From NCBI GenBank assembly GCA_038065755.1, contig JBBTQJ010000015.1:3218-45171 (forward strand): DNA of 41,954 nt. Direction: 5' to 3'. Numbering within the stretch: position 1 is the first letter of the stretch; the number at the start of each line of letters is the position of its first letter. The stretch comes from Patescibacteria group bacterium (GTDB taxonomy: Bacteria > Patescibacteriota > Minisyncoccia > Minisyncoccales > Staskawiczbacteraceae). Made by a program: the position numbers and the translations under genes. A model generated the notes under the pieces. It had not been told where the DNA came from, made no database searches, and worked only from the letters and a program-made list of their open reading frames with translations. This document shows positions 26,992 to 34,578 of this stretch, piece by piece.

Positions 26992-27702
26992 TTATTTTTG
27001 TTTGTCATAGCTTTTCCAAAATTCTCTTTCTGGTAAATCTTCCCCAGATACTTCTTGCACAATATTCTTTAACGTAGCTCTACCTTCAGCTGTTTCGTAA
27101 TACCAACCCCGCCTCCTATTAAACTCTTGCGACGCTTCTTCAAGATGTGATTTTGGATCTAGATCTGATAAAACTGACTCGGTCACCCCATCTATATCGT
27201 TACGGTAAGCGTATAAACGAATTGCGTTGGTTATAATAGTTATCAGTGTATCGTCTTTTTTAATATCTAATCCCAAAACATTGGCTACATTTGCTTCATT
27301 TAAATCATAATTATCTTCCGCTGATTCTGCTAAAAGATTGCTTATTTCCCATCTTTTTTCTTCAAGTATTTGCTTTGCTCTCTTTTGTCTTTCTTTAAAA
27401 TATCTTTTTGTTTCTTCGGCTAGTTTAATTTGAACTTCCCAATTTTGCCGAATTCTTTTCTTTTCTATTTCGGGAAAAAAACGATAACCTTCAAGGTCTC
27501 GTCCTGAAATTGGCGTAAATTCTAACCGCGTCCTTTCTCCTTTTTTTGTTTTTGGTTGATCGGTCTCTGTTTTATTTAGTTCTAATTCTGCTTTTTGAGG
27601 CGCCAATTCGGCGCTTTTTTCTGACTGCTTAATTAAATCAGACACTTCAGATTCGTCTTTTTCCGCATCTGATTGATGTTCAATTTTTGGTATTTCTCTC
27701 AT
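26992..27702 (-). CDS. Hypothetical protein
   Basis: 236-aa ORF with acidic N-terminus and no recognised motif. Confidence 0.75.
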   Translation of the reverse strand: MREIPKIEHQSDAEKDESEVSDLIKQSEKSAELAPQKAELELNKTETDQPKTKKGERTRLEFTPISGRDLEGYRFFPEIEKKRIRQNWEVQIKLAEETKRYFKERQKRAKQILEEKRWEISNLLAESAEDNYDLNEANVANVLGLDIKKDDTLITIITNAIRLYAYRNDIDGVTESVLSDLDPKSHLEEASQEFNRRRGWYYETAEGRATLKNIVQEVSGEDLPEREFWKSYDKQK

Positions 27703-27712
27703 ATTGTTTTAT

Positions 27713-27806
27713 AGACCTTACTGATTAAAAATTTTTATGGATCGGAAAATTATGTTACGCGGTAATTTTTCACGACCTTTAATAAAAATCTTTTGTCATT
27801 GGGTCT
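27713..27806. mobile_element. 94-bp degenerate palindromic element with AGACC...GGTCT ends and TAT duplication
   Basis: tat|agaccttactgattaaaaatttttat...ataaaaatcttttgtcattgggtct|tat; inner arms gaaaattat/gtaattttt. Confidence 0.6.
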
Positions 27807-27827
27807 TATTAAAAATTAATAAAAATT

Positions 27828-29510
27828 TTATTGATCATGCTTTTTTGATTTTTGTCTTCTTTCCAAAAGCGCGCAGATTCTTTTGCAAATTATTACTGAA
27901 ACTTCGTCTTTTGTTAAAAAATCTTTAATTGTATCTTCCAGCTCTTTAATATTTATCTGGTCAAGAATTTTTATATATTTTACTCCGCAAGCCCTAACTA
28001 TTTCTTCTATTTTTAATTCTTCTGTTGGCTCTCCCATAGCATTTTGGCCCATTCCTGGATTTTGCTGGTGCCCTGTCATGGCGGTGATTCTATTGTCTAA
28101 TACAATCAGTAGGGGATTTGATTTATTAAAAACAGCGTTGATTAATGCGTATATGCCCGAATGAAAAAAGGTGCCGTCTCCTATAATAGATATTACTTTT
28201 TGATTTGCAACTTGCCCGGAACCGCGCTGAAGAGATTTTACCACGCCGTGGGATATGCCAAGTCCGGCCCCCATGGAAAAAATATAATCTTGTATATTAT
28301 GTGGAAAAAGGCCGGCTATCATATTGCATCCAATATCTCCGCCAAAAATTGTTCCTTCCGGCGCAACTTTTTTTATTATAGGAAAAACATACAAATAAGG
28401 GCACCCCTCGCATAATCTGGCGGTTCTGCGCGGAATTTTTAATCCTAAATTTTTTCCGCCAAAGGCGGACCCGCCTCGGGCGAGAATTTTTAAATTTTTA
28501 ATCTCGGCAATTGCAAAAATAATTTTTTCAGTATTTAATTCCCCTATTTCCGGCAAAACGCTTTTACCAAAAATCTGTGTTTTTAAATTATCGTCTTTGG
28601 CAATAATTTTTATTTCTTTTTCTAAATAAGGGTCTGTTTCTTCTATGACTAAAATTTGTTTTTTATTTTTAATAAAATCTGCAATTTTTTTACTTGGCAA
28701 AGGATAAAAAAAACCCAGCTTTAAAACAGGAATATCTATTCCTAATTCTTCAACGGCTTCAATTGTATGCAAATAAGCAACCCCCGATGCCACTATTCCA
28801 AGATTGTGGGAGACCCGATGTCCCACAATTTTATTTATAGAGGACTTTTCGGCAAAAACGCGTATTTTTTCTGTTTTTTCCAAAAGTTCTTTTTTCATTT
28901 CTAAAACCCGCGGGGGCATTGTGCAAAATTGATGAGGATTTTTTATAAAATTGGGCGTTGAATGTTGGGTGTTGGGCGTTGAGCTTACTTCTACTATTGC
29001 CCTCTGATGATTAACTCTGGTTGTGGTTCTCAAAATTACGGGAATATTAAATTTTTCTGAAATTTCAAACCCTAATTTTGTAAAGTCGTAGCATTCTTGA
29101 GGATCAGAGGGTTCTAATACCGGCACATGAAATAAATAAGCATAACCCCTTGAATCCTGTTCTGATTGGGCAGAGCTCCAGCACGAAGGGTCGTCGGCCA
29201 CAACAATAACCATACCTGCTTTTGTTCCGGTATAAGCCAAGGGAAATAAGCTGTCAGAACAGACGTTTATTCCAAAACTTTTCATATTTACCAAAGACTT
29301 CAGTCCGGAAAAACTGGCTCCAATTGCAGCTTCTAACGCCACTTTTTCATTGGTTGACCATTCTGCATATATGCCATGAGTTTTAGCAATTCTTCCAAAC
29401 TCATCTCCTATTTCAGCAGACGGACAGCCCGGATATCCAGAAACAAAATCAACACCCGCTTCCAGCGCTCCTCTGACTATAGCCTCATTTCCCAATAAAA
29501 CTTTCTTCAT
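27828..29510 (-). CDS. iorA: Indolepyruvate:ferredoxin oxidoreductase alpha subunit (no C-terminal ferredoxin domain)
   Basis: LLGNEAIVRG, GYPGCPS, NEKVALE, DDPS..S.QSEQDSR, LCEGCP, GDIGC, IGDGTFFHSG, LDNRITAMTGHQ. Confidence 0.93.
   Translation of the reverse strand: MKKVLLGNEAIVRGALEAGVDFVSGYPGCPSAEIGDEFGRIAKTHGIYAEWSTNEKVALEAAIGASFSGLKSLVNMKSFGINVCSDSLFPLAYTGTKAGMVIVVADDPSCWSSAQSEQDSRGYAYLFHVPVLEPSDPQECYDFTKLGFEISEKFNIPVILRTTTRVNHQRAIVEVSSTPNTQHSTPNFIKNPHQFCTMPPRVLEMKKELLEKTEKIRVFAEKSSINKIVGHRVSHNLGIVASGVAYLHTIEAVEELGIDIPVLKLGFFYPLPSKKIADFIKNKKQILVIEETDPYLEKEIKIIAKDDNLKTQIFGKSVLPEIGELNTEKIIFAIAEIKNLKILARGGSAFGGKNLGLKIPRRTARLCEGCPYLYVFPIIKKVAPEGTIFGGDIGCNMIAGLFPHNIQDYIFSMGAGLGISHGVVKSLQRGSGQVANQKVISIIGDGTFFHSGIYALINAVFNKSNPLLIVLDNRITAMTGHQQNPGMGQNAMGEPTEELKIEEIVRACGVKYIKILDQINIKELEDTIKDFLTKDEVSVIICKRICALLERRQKSKKHDQ
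28455..28483. repeat. Double hairpin in frame within iorA
   Basis: tccgcc-aaa-ggcgga-cc-cgcc-tcg-ggcg-a, encoding LARGGSAFGG. Confidence 0.75.
28803..28829. repeat. Hairpin in frame within iorA
   Basis: attgtggga-gacccgatg-tcccacaat, encoding IVGHRVSHN. Confidence 0.7.
28951..28986. repeat. Heptamer tandem repeat in iorA
   Basis: ttgggcg ttgaatg ttgggtg ttgggcg ttgagct. Confidence 0.7.
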
Positions 29511-31942
29511 ATAACTATATTAATTAATTTTTTATAAATAAATATTATTTTTTTAGGTTCTTTTCCCTCCATCCATTTTACTATTTTTTCTGAAGACAAA
29601 GCAAGGTTCTTCGCCTCTTTTTCTAAAATGCCGGCCTTGGCTTCTATTTTGTCGCGAACTTTACCGTTAATTTGCACAATAAGCAAAAATTTTTCTTCTT
29701 CAATTAATTTTGTATTATATTTCGGCCATTTTTGATTGCAGCATAATCCTTTAAATTTTGCCCCAAACCATAATTCTTCGGCTAAATGCGGGGCAAATGG
29801 CGATAATATCTTTAAAAAATCCTCTGAATCTTTTTCGCTTAAATCTTTGTCGGAAATATTCCATGCATTCACAAATTCCATCATAGAACTTACGGCTGTG
29901 TTAAACTTCATTTCTCCAATATCTTCTGAAACTTTTTTAATTGTCTTGTGCATTATTTTTTTAAGCTCTATGCCTGCATTGGATTTATTTAATTTTTTCC
30001 TGTTAAAGAGTTTATAAATTTTTTCAAGAAATCTTCTTGCTCCCACAACCCCTTTTGCATCCCAGGGAATCATTTGATCAAAAGGCCCCATAAACATTTC
30101 ATAAACTCTCAAGGTATCTGCTCCATATTCTTTTACAACCTTATCCGGATTTATCACGTTTCCTTTAGATTTTGACATTTTAACTGAACCCTCGCCAAGC
30201 ACCATTCCGTGCGAAGCTCTTTTTTTATAAGGTTCAGGTCCGATTGATTTTGGAAAAGCCCCAATATCCCATAAAAATTTGAAAATAAAACGGGAATACA
30301 ATAAGTGCAAAGTAGTGTGTTCCATTCCTCCGTTATACCAATCTACCGGCATCCAATATTTTATTTTTTTGTCGTCCCAATTATATTTTCCATTTTTTGC
30401 AAAAGCATATGCCAAATAATACCAATTAGAGCCTGCCCAATTTGGCATTGTGTCTGTTTCTCTTTTGGCTTTGCCTTTGCATTTTGGACATTTTACATTA
30501 ATCCAATTTTTTATTTCAGCCAAAGGAGACTCTCCTGTTTCTGTTGGCTTATATTTTTTGACTTTAGGCAACTTAACGGGAAGATCTTTTTCTGCAACCG
30601 CCTGCCAGCCGCATTTACTGCAAAAAATTAAAGGAATCGGCTCTCCCCAATAATGTTGTCTTGAAAATACCCAATCACGAAGCTTGTAGTTAGTTTTATT
30701 TTGCGCCATTCCTTTTTCTCCAAGCCAGGAAATAATTTTAGAACGGGCCTGGGCCGAACTTAAACCGTTAAACTGCATTGAATTGTAAAGAATGCCTTCG
30801 CCCTCAAAACATATTTCTAATGTTTTAACTTTAACTGCTATGTTTTTGTCTGCTGGCTCTATCGACGTTCTTAGTGGTATGCCTTGTTTTTTGGCAAGAT
30901 CAAAATCTCTTTTATCGTGGGCGTCTGCAAAAACAGCTCCCGTGCCATAGTGACCTAAAACAAAATCAGCGGTCCAAACGGGCACCTCTTCTCCCGTGGC
31001 AGGGTTTTTTGCTTTGATGCCCTTTAATTCAACGCCAGAAACAGCTCTTTCTTCATTTGTTCTTTCTGCATCGGGAGTATTTTTTGATTTTTCTCTATAT
31101 TCTAAAACCTCTTCTATGTTTTGAATTTTATTTTTGTGCCTATCTATAAATTTATGTTCTGGGGCCAATATTAAAAAGGTGCAAGAAAATATCGTATCTA
31201 TTCTTGTGGTAAAAACTTCAATAAAATTGTCAATTCCTTCTGTTGGAAATTTAACCAAAGATCCCTCTGATTTTCCTATCCATTCTTTCTGTTGAATTTT
31301 TATTTTTTCCAAATAATCAACCAAATCCAAATCTTTAATCAGCCTTTCTGCGTATTCTGTAATTTTTATAAGCCATTGCTCTTTTTCTTTTTTTTCAACT
31401 TTTGTCCCACATCTTTCACACTTGCCCAAAACCACTTCTTCGTTAGCCAGTCCGATTCTGCAAGAAGAACACCAGTTGATCGCTATTTTAGACTTATAAG
31501 CCAGCCCGTTTTTGAACAATTGCAAAAATATCCATTGGGTCCATTTATAATATTCGGGGTCTGTGGTGTTTATTTCTCTTGACCAGTCAAAAGAATAACC
31601 CAGGCTTTTTAATTGCCTTCTAAATGTGTCTGTGTTTTTTTTTGTGGCAACAGAAGGATGAATGCCTTTTTTAATAGCGTAATTTTCGGTGGGCAAACCA
31701 AAAGCATCCCAGCCAATCGGAAATAAAACATTATATCCTTCCATTCTTTTTTTTCTGGCAATAATATCTAGGGCAGTATAGCTCCGGCAATGGCCCACAT
31801 GAAGCCCATCTCCCGATGGATAAGGAAACTCCGCTAAAAGATAAAACTTTTTTGATTTGGAGCCATTTTTTGCATAAAAAATATCTGATTTATACCATTT
31901 GTCCTGCCATTTTTTTTCAATTTTATTCGGATTATACTTCAT
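29507..31942 (-). CDS. leuS: Leucine--tRNA ligase
   Basis: FPYPSG.GLHVGH, GWDAFGLP, RDWVFSRQHYWGEPIP, KMSKS. Confidence 0.98.
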   Translation of the reverse strand: MKYNPNKIEKKWQDKWYKSDIFYAKNGSKSKKFYLLAEFPYPSGDGLHVGHCRSYTALDIIARKKRMEGYNVLFPIGWDAFGLPTENYAIKKGIHPSVATKKNTDTFRRQLKSLGYSFDWSREINTTDPEYYKWTQWIFLQLFKNGLAYKSKIAINWCSSCRIGLANEEVVLGKCERCGTKVEKKEKEQWLIKITEYAERLIKDLDLVDYLEKIKIQQKEWIGKSEGSLVKFPTEGIDNFIEVFTTRIDTIFSCTFLILAPEHKFIDRHKNKIQNIEEVLEYREKSKNTPDAERTNEERAVSGVELKGIKAKNPATGEEVPVWTADFVLGHYGTGAVFADAHDKRDFDLAKKQGIPLRTSIEPADKNIAVKVKTLEICFEGEGILYNSMQFNGLSSAQARSKIISWLGEKGMAQNKTNYKLRDWVFSRQHYWGEPIPLIFCSKCGWQAVAEKDLPVKLPKVKKYKPTETGESPLAEIKNWINVKCPKCKGKAKRETDTMPNWAGSNWYYLAYAFAKNGKYNWDDKKIKYWMPVDWYNGGMEHTTLHLLYSRFIFKFLWDIGAFPKSIGPEPYKKRASHGMVLGEGSVKMSKSKGNVINPDKVVKEYGADTLRVYEMFMGPFDQMIPWDAKGVVGARRFLEKIYKLFNRKKLNKSNAGIELKKIMHKTIKKVSEDIGEMKFNTAVSSMMEFVNAWNISDKDLSEKDSEDFLKILSPFAPHLAEELWFGAKFKGLCCNQKWPKYNTKLIEEEKFLLIVQINGKVRDKIEAKAGILEKEAKNLALSSEKIVKWMEGKEPKKIIFIYKKLINIVI

Positions 31943-32009
31943 AACAAATTCAAAATTTAAAAATCATCTTAATTGTTTATATTAGCAAAAATATTTATTT
32001 GGGTAAATC

Positions 32010-32059
32010 TTGACAATGAAATATTATTATGCTATCTAAAATTAGCATGCTCTTTTACA
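32010..32059 (+). promoter_or_regulatory. Promoter followed by a boxA-like motif
   Basis: TTGACA at 32010, TG-c-TATCTA extended -10-like, then tgctcttttaca (32048..32059). Confidence 0.5.
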
Positions 32060-32085
32060 AAACGCGGCAAAACAGGAGACTTCTT

Positions 32086-32373
32086 ATGAGTAAGGTGTGG
32101 TATACAATATCTTACAATACCAACGCTCGTAGTCCCGATCATATTTCTGAATGGGGCGTAGATGTTGGTCTGCAGTTGGTTCATGTAGACACAAAAGAAA
32201 AGGCAGAAAGATTAATGTCTTTGGTAGTTTCAGAATGGGAAAACTTCTATGTTTTTTCTAATTTATATGGTCCTTTTGACAGTGTAGAGGAAGCAAGAGA
32301 AGATTATGAAAAAAAAGTTAATCGCACCGCCAGCGCTTTCTGCCGCCCGGATGTTCGTCTTTGGAAAAGGTGA
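32086..32373 (+). CDS. Hypothetical protein (95 aa, start MSKVWY)
   Basis: AGGAG SD before the ATG at 32086; own promoter and downstream ccgcc...ggcgg-T-tract terminator. Confidence 0.65.
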   Translation: MSKVWYTISYNTNARSPDHISEWGVDVGLQLVHVDTKEKAERLMSLVVSEWENFYVFSNLYGPFDSVEEAREDYEKKVNRTASAFCRPDVRLWKR

Positions 32374-32472
32374 AAGCATTAAAACATCGGCAAAAAAAAC
32401 CGACAAAGATGTCGATAAGCCGCCCGACGAAAATTTGTCAAAGGCGGTTTTTTATTAAATTTTTTTATTTTT

Positions 32473-32540
32473 TATCCCCGTATTCCTGTATCCCCGTATT
32501 CCCGCCTTATACCTGCGATCGCAAATATAACGCGGGAATA
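32473..32540. repeat. Four 8-bp tandem units running into a 44-bp imperfect palindrome centred on GCGATCGC
   Basis: tatccccg tattcctg tatccccg tattcccg; tattcccgccttatacctgcgatcgcaaatataacgcgggaata (32497..32540). Confidence 0.85.
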
Positions 32541-32558
32541 GGTTAATAGGTTAGGATA

Positions 32559-33140
32559 TCAATCTAATTTAAAAAATTTCTTGAGGTCTTTTTCTTCGCC
32601 AATATCTTTAACGGTAATAAGCCTAATTTCTTTATTTGATAGTCCAAAAAAAGACTTTAACATTTCAATTTCTTTTGTGCAATCATAGGGAATAATCCAT
32701 ACGCTTTTTTGCAATATAACAAACCCCATGCTTTTTAGCTTCCCCCTGAAAGCTTCTCTGTATAACTTTTTTAACTCAGCGATATCAAACATTAGTATTC
32801 GCCACTTGCCGTCCCATTTTTCAGTTTTTTTTATCTTCAAATCATTTATCTGCATCCAGCTGGTCTTTTTCTTTCCCTTTTTGGTGAGCAAAAAGTAAAT
32901 TTGACCGCCTTCTTTATAAAAATCTATAAACCCCTGCTGTTTTAAACGATAAAAAGTGTCATAAACCTTTCTGCGCGGATATTTCTTAAACCTCTTAAAT
33001 CCCTTTAAAAGATTTACCAAAAAAAATGGAGAGGTTGCGGCGATAGTAACTATGCCGGCAACCAATAAAATTATTAATATATCCTTAGCTATTTCTGATT
33101 TTGGTATTTTAAAATAATATTCGGGTCGTTTTATTTTCAT
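32559..33140 (-). CDS. PaaX-like protein (hydrophobic N-terminal helix + winged HTH + Cas2-like ferredoxin-fold domain)
   Basis: YRLKQQGFI...LTKKG (wHTH); WDGKWRILMFDI.E...R..FR.KL..MGF..LQKSVW (PaaX central/Cas2-like). Confidence 0.85.
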   Translation of the reverse strand: MKIKRPEYYFKIPKSEIAKDILIILLVAGIVTIAATSPFFLVNLLKGFKRFKKYPRRKVYDTFYRLKQQGFIDFYKEGGQIYFLLTKKGKKKTSWMQINDLKIKKTEKWDGKWRILMFDIAELKKLYREAFRGKLKSMGFVILQKSVWIIPYDCTKEIEMLKSFFGLSNKEIRLITVKDIGEEKDLKKFFKLD

Positions 33141-33234
33141 AATTCTATATTAAATTTTTTATTTATTATTAAATATCTTTTATTTTGTTTCGCTATTTCA
33201 GTGTAGTTTATTTTATCATATATAATTTAATCAC

Positions 33235-33271
33235 GCTATATATTTGCGATCGCAAGTGTAGCACGGGAATA
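33235..33271. repeat. Second GCGATCGC-centred palindrome, upstream of the PaaX-like gene
   Basis: tgcgatcgcaagtgtagcacgggaata (33245..33271) matches 32514..32540 at 23 of 27 positions. Confidence 0.8.
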
Positions 33272-33354
33272 TTTTTCTTCAAAATTAATTAAGTTAACCT
33301 CTCCGCCTTTAGGGCGGGAATTTCAGCCGGGATTATTAAAATATTTTTTATCTT

Positions 33355-34173
33355 TTATAATCTAAATAGTTCTCTGGCGTTTTGGGTCGTGATTTCTGCA
33401 ACTTCTTCAAAGCTAATTCCTTTTAGGTCTGCTATTTTTTGAATTGTATATTTAATAAAAATCGGCTCATTGCGCTTGTCTTTTCCTTCTATTGGGGGAG
33501 TTAAATACGGGCAATCGGTTTCAATTAATATTCTATTCAATGAACAATTCTTTATGACTTCTTGCATATCTAATTTAAAGATTATTCCATTTAAACCGAT
33601 ATAAAATCCTAAATTTATATATTGCTGCGCCTCTTCTTGGTTTCCTGTAAAACAATGAATAACTCCTTTTGTATTATTCGTTTTCAAAATTTCTAAAATA
33701 TCTTGGTGCGCCATTCGACAATGCAAAATGACTGGTAAGTTTAATTCTTTTGCCAGTTCCAGTTGTTCAACAAAAACTTTTTTCTGCGCTGTTTTAAATT
33801 GTTCTAATTTTATTTTTGTTTTCGGTTTGTAATAATAGTCTAAACCGATTTCGCCAATAGCCACAACCTTTTTTGATTTTGCTAAATTGCGATATTTTTC
33901 GTAGTCAAAATTTTGTTCTTTAACTAAAAATTCACCTTCGTTTGGATCTGTTTTTATTTTTACAAATTGCGCTCCGGCGTAAATCGGGTGCATTCCAATG
34001 GCGGCATATATATTTTCGTATTTTTCAGCTAATTCAACGGCTTGCTTTGAAGTCTCGTATTTTGTGCCGACATCAATGCAAACAACGCCCTGTTCTTGAG
34101 TTCGTTTTATAACCTCTTCCCTGTCGCTATCGTATGCTTTGAAATTCAAATGGCTGTGAGTATCAATTATCAT
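33355..34173 (-). CDS. tatD: TatD-family deoxyribonuclease (start MIIDTHSH)
   Basis: DTHSHL, GMHP, AIGEIGLDY, ILHCR, IHCF, IETDCPYL, RNEP. Confidence 0.95.
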   Translation of the reverse strand: MIIDTHSHLNFKAYDSDREEVIKRTQEQGVVCIDVGTKYETSKQAVELAEKYENIYAAIGMHPIYAGAQFVKIKTDPNEGEFLVKEQNFDYEKYRNLAKSKKVVAIGEIGLDYYYKPKTKIKLEQFKTAQKKVFVEQLELAKELNLPVILHCRMAHQDILEILKTNNTKGVIHCFTGNQEEAQQYINLGFYIGLNGIIFKLDMQEVIKNCSLNRILIETDCPYLTPPIEGKDKRNEPIFIKYTIQKIADLKGISFEEVAEITTQNARELFRL

Positions 34174-34202
34174 ATCTTTTATTTTATATCTGTATTTCAA
34201 AT

Positions 34203-34236
34203 AAAAAAAGAGCAGGCGCCGTAATACAACGCCTGC
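34203..34236 (-). terminator. csrA terminator
   Basis: gcaggcg-N11-cgcctgc, followed on the minus strand by tcttttttt. Confidence 0.6.
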
Positions 34237-34257
34237 ATATAAGTATTAAGTATATTG

Positions 34258-34470
34258 TTATTCGGACGGCCTCTCGCCGGGCAGATGACCCTCTCTGGCG
34301 AGTTGTTCATTCCGTTTGATAGCATCGTAAACTTCGCGCCGATGCACAGGAATTTCGTTTGGGCATTCTATACCCAAACGAACCTTGTCGCCGCGGATTT
34401 CCACGACGACAATCGTAATGTCATTGTTGATAACAATACTCTCGTTCCGTTTGCGAGACAGAACCAACAT
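34258..34470 (-). CDS. csrA: Carbon storage regulator CsrA/RsmA
   Basis: MLVLSRKRNESIVI...VRLGIECP.EIPVHRREVY; GAAGGAG SD. Confidence 0.95.
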   Translation of the reverse strand: MLVLSRKRNESIVINNDITIVVVEIRGDKVRLGIECPNEIPVHRREVYDAIKRNEQLAREGHLPGERPSE

Positions 34471-34530
34471 GGTAAACTCCTTCATAGCTGGAACTGAAAG
34501 GTCTCGCTCTCTCAAACCGTCATGGCTTGA

Positions 34531-34577
34531 TGAAAAAGAGCTATTACTAATATAGCAGTAAATAAAAAAATAGTCAA
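34531..34577 (-). promoter_or_regulatory. csrA promoter with boxA-like leader
   Basis: TTGACT-N17-TATATT with TGn extension, then agctctttttca. Confidence 0.6.
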
Positions 34578-34578
34578 A

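Noticed and set aside
32559-33140. CRISPR-Cas locus based on the Cas2-like domain
   Set aside because: No cas1 or other cas genes and no repeat-spacer array; the domain is fused to a wHTH as in PaaX-like proteins.
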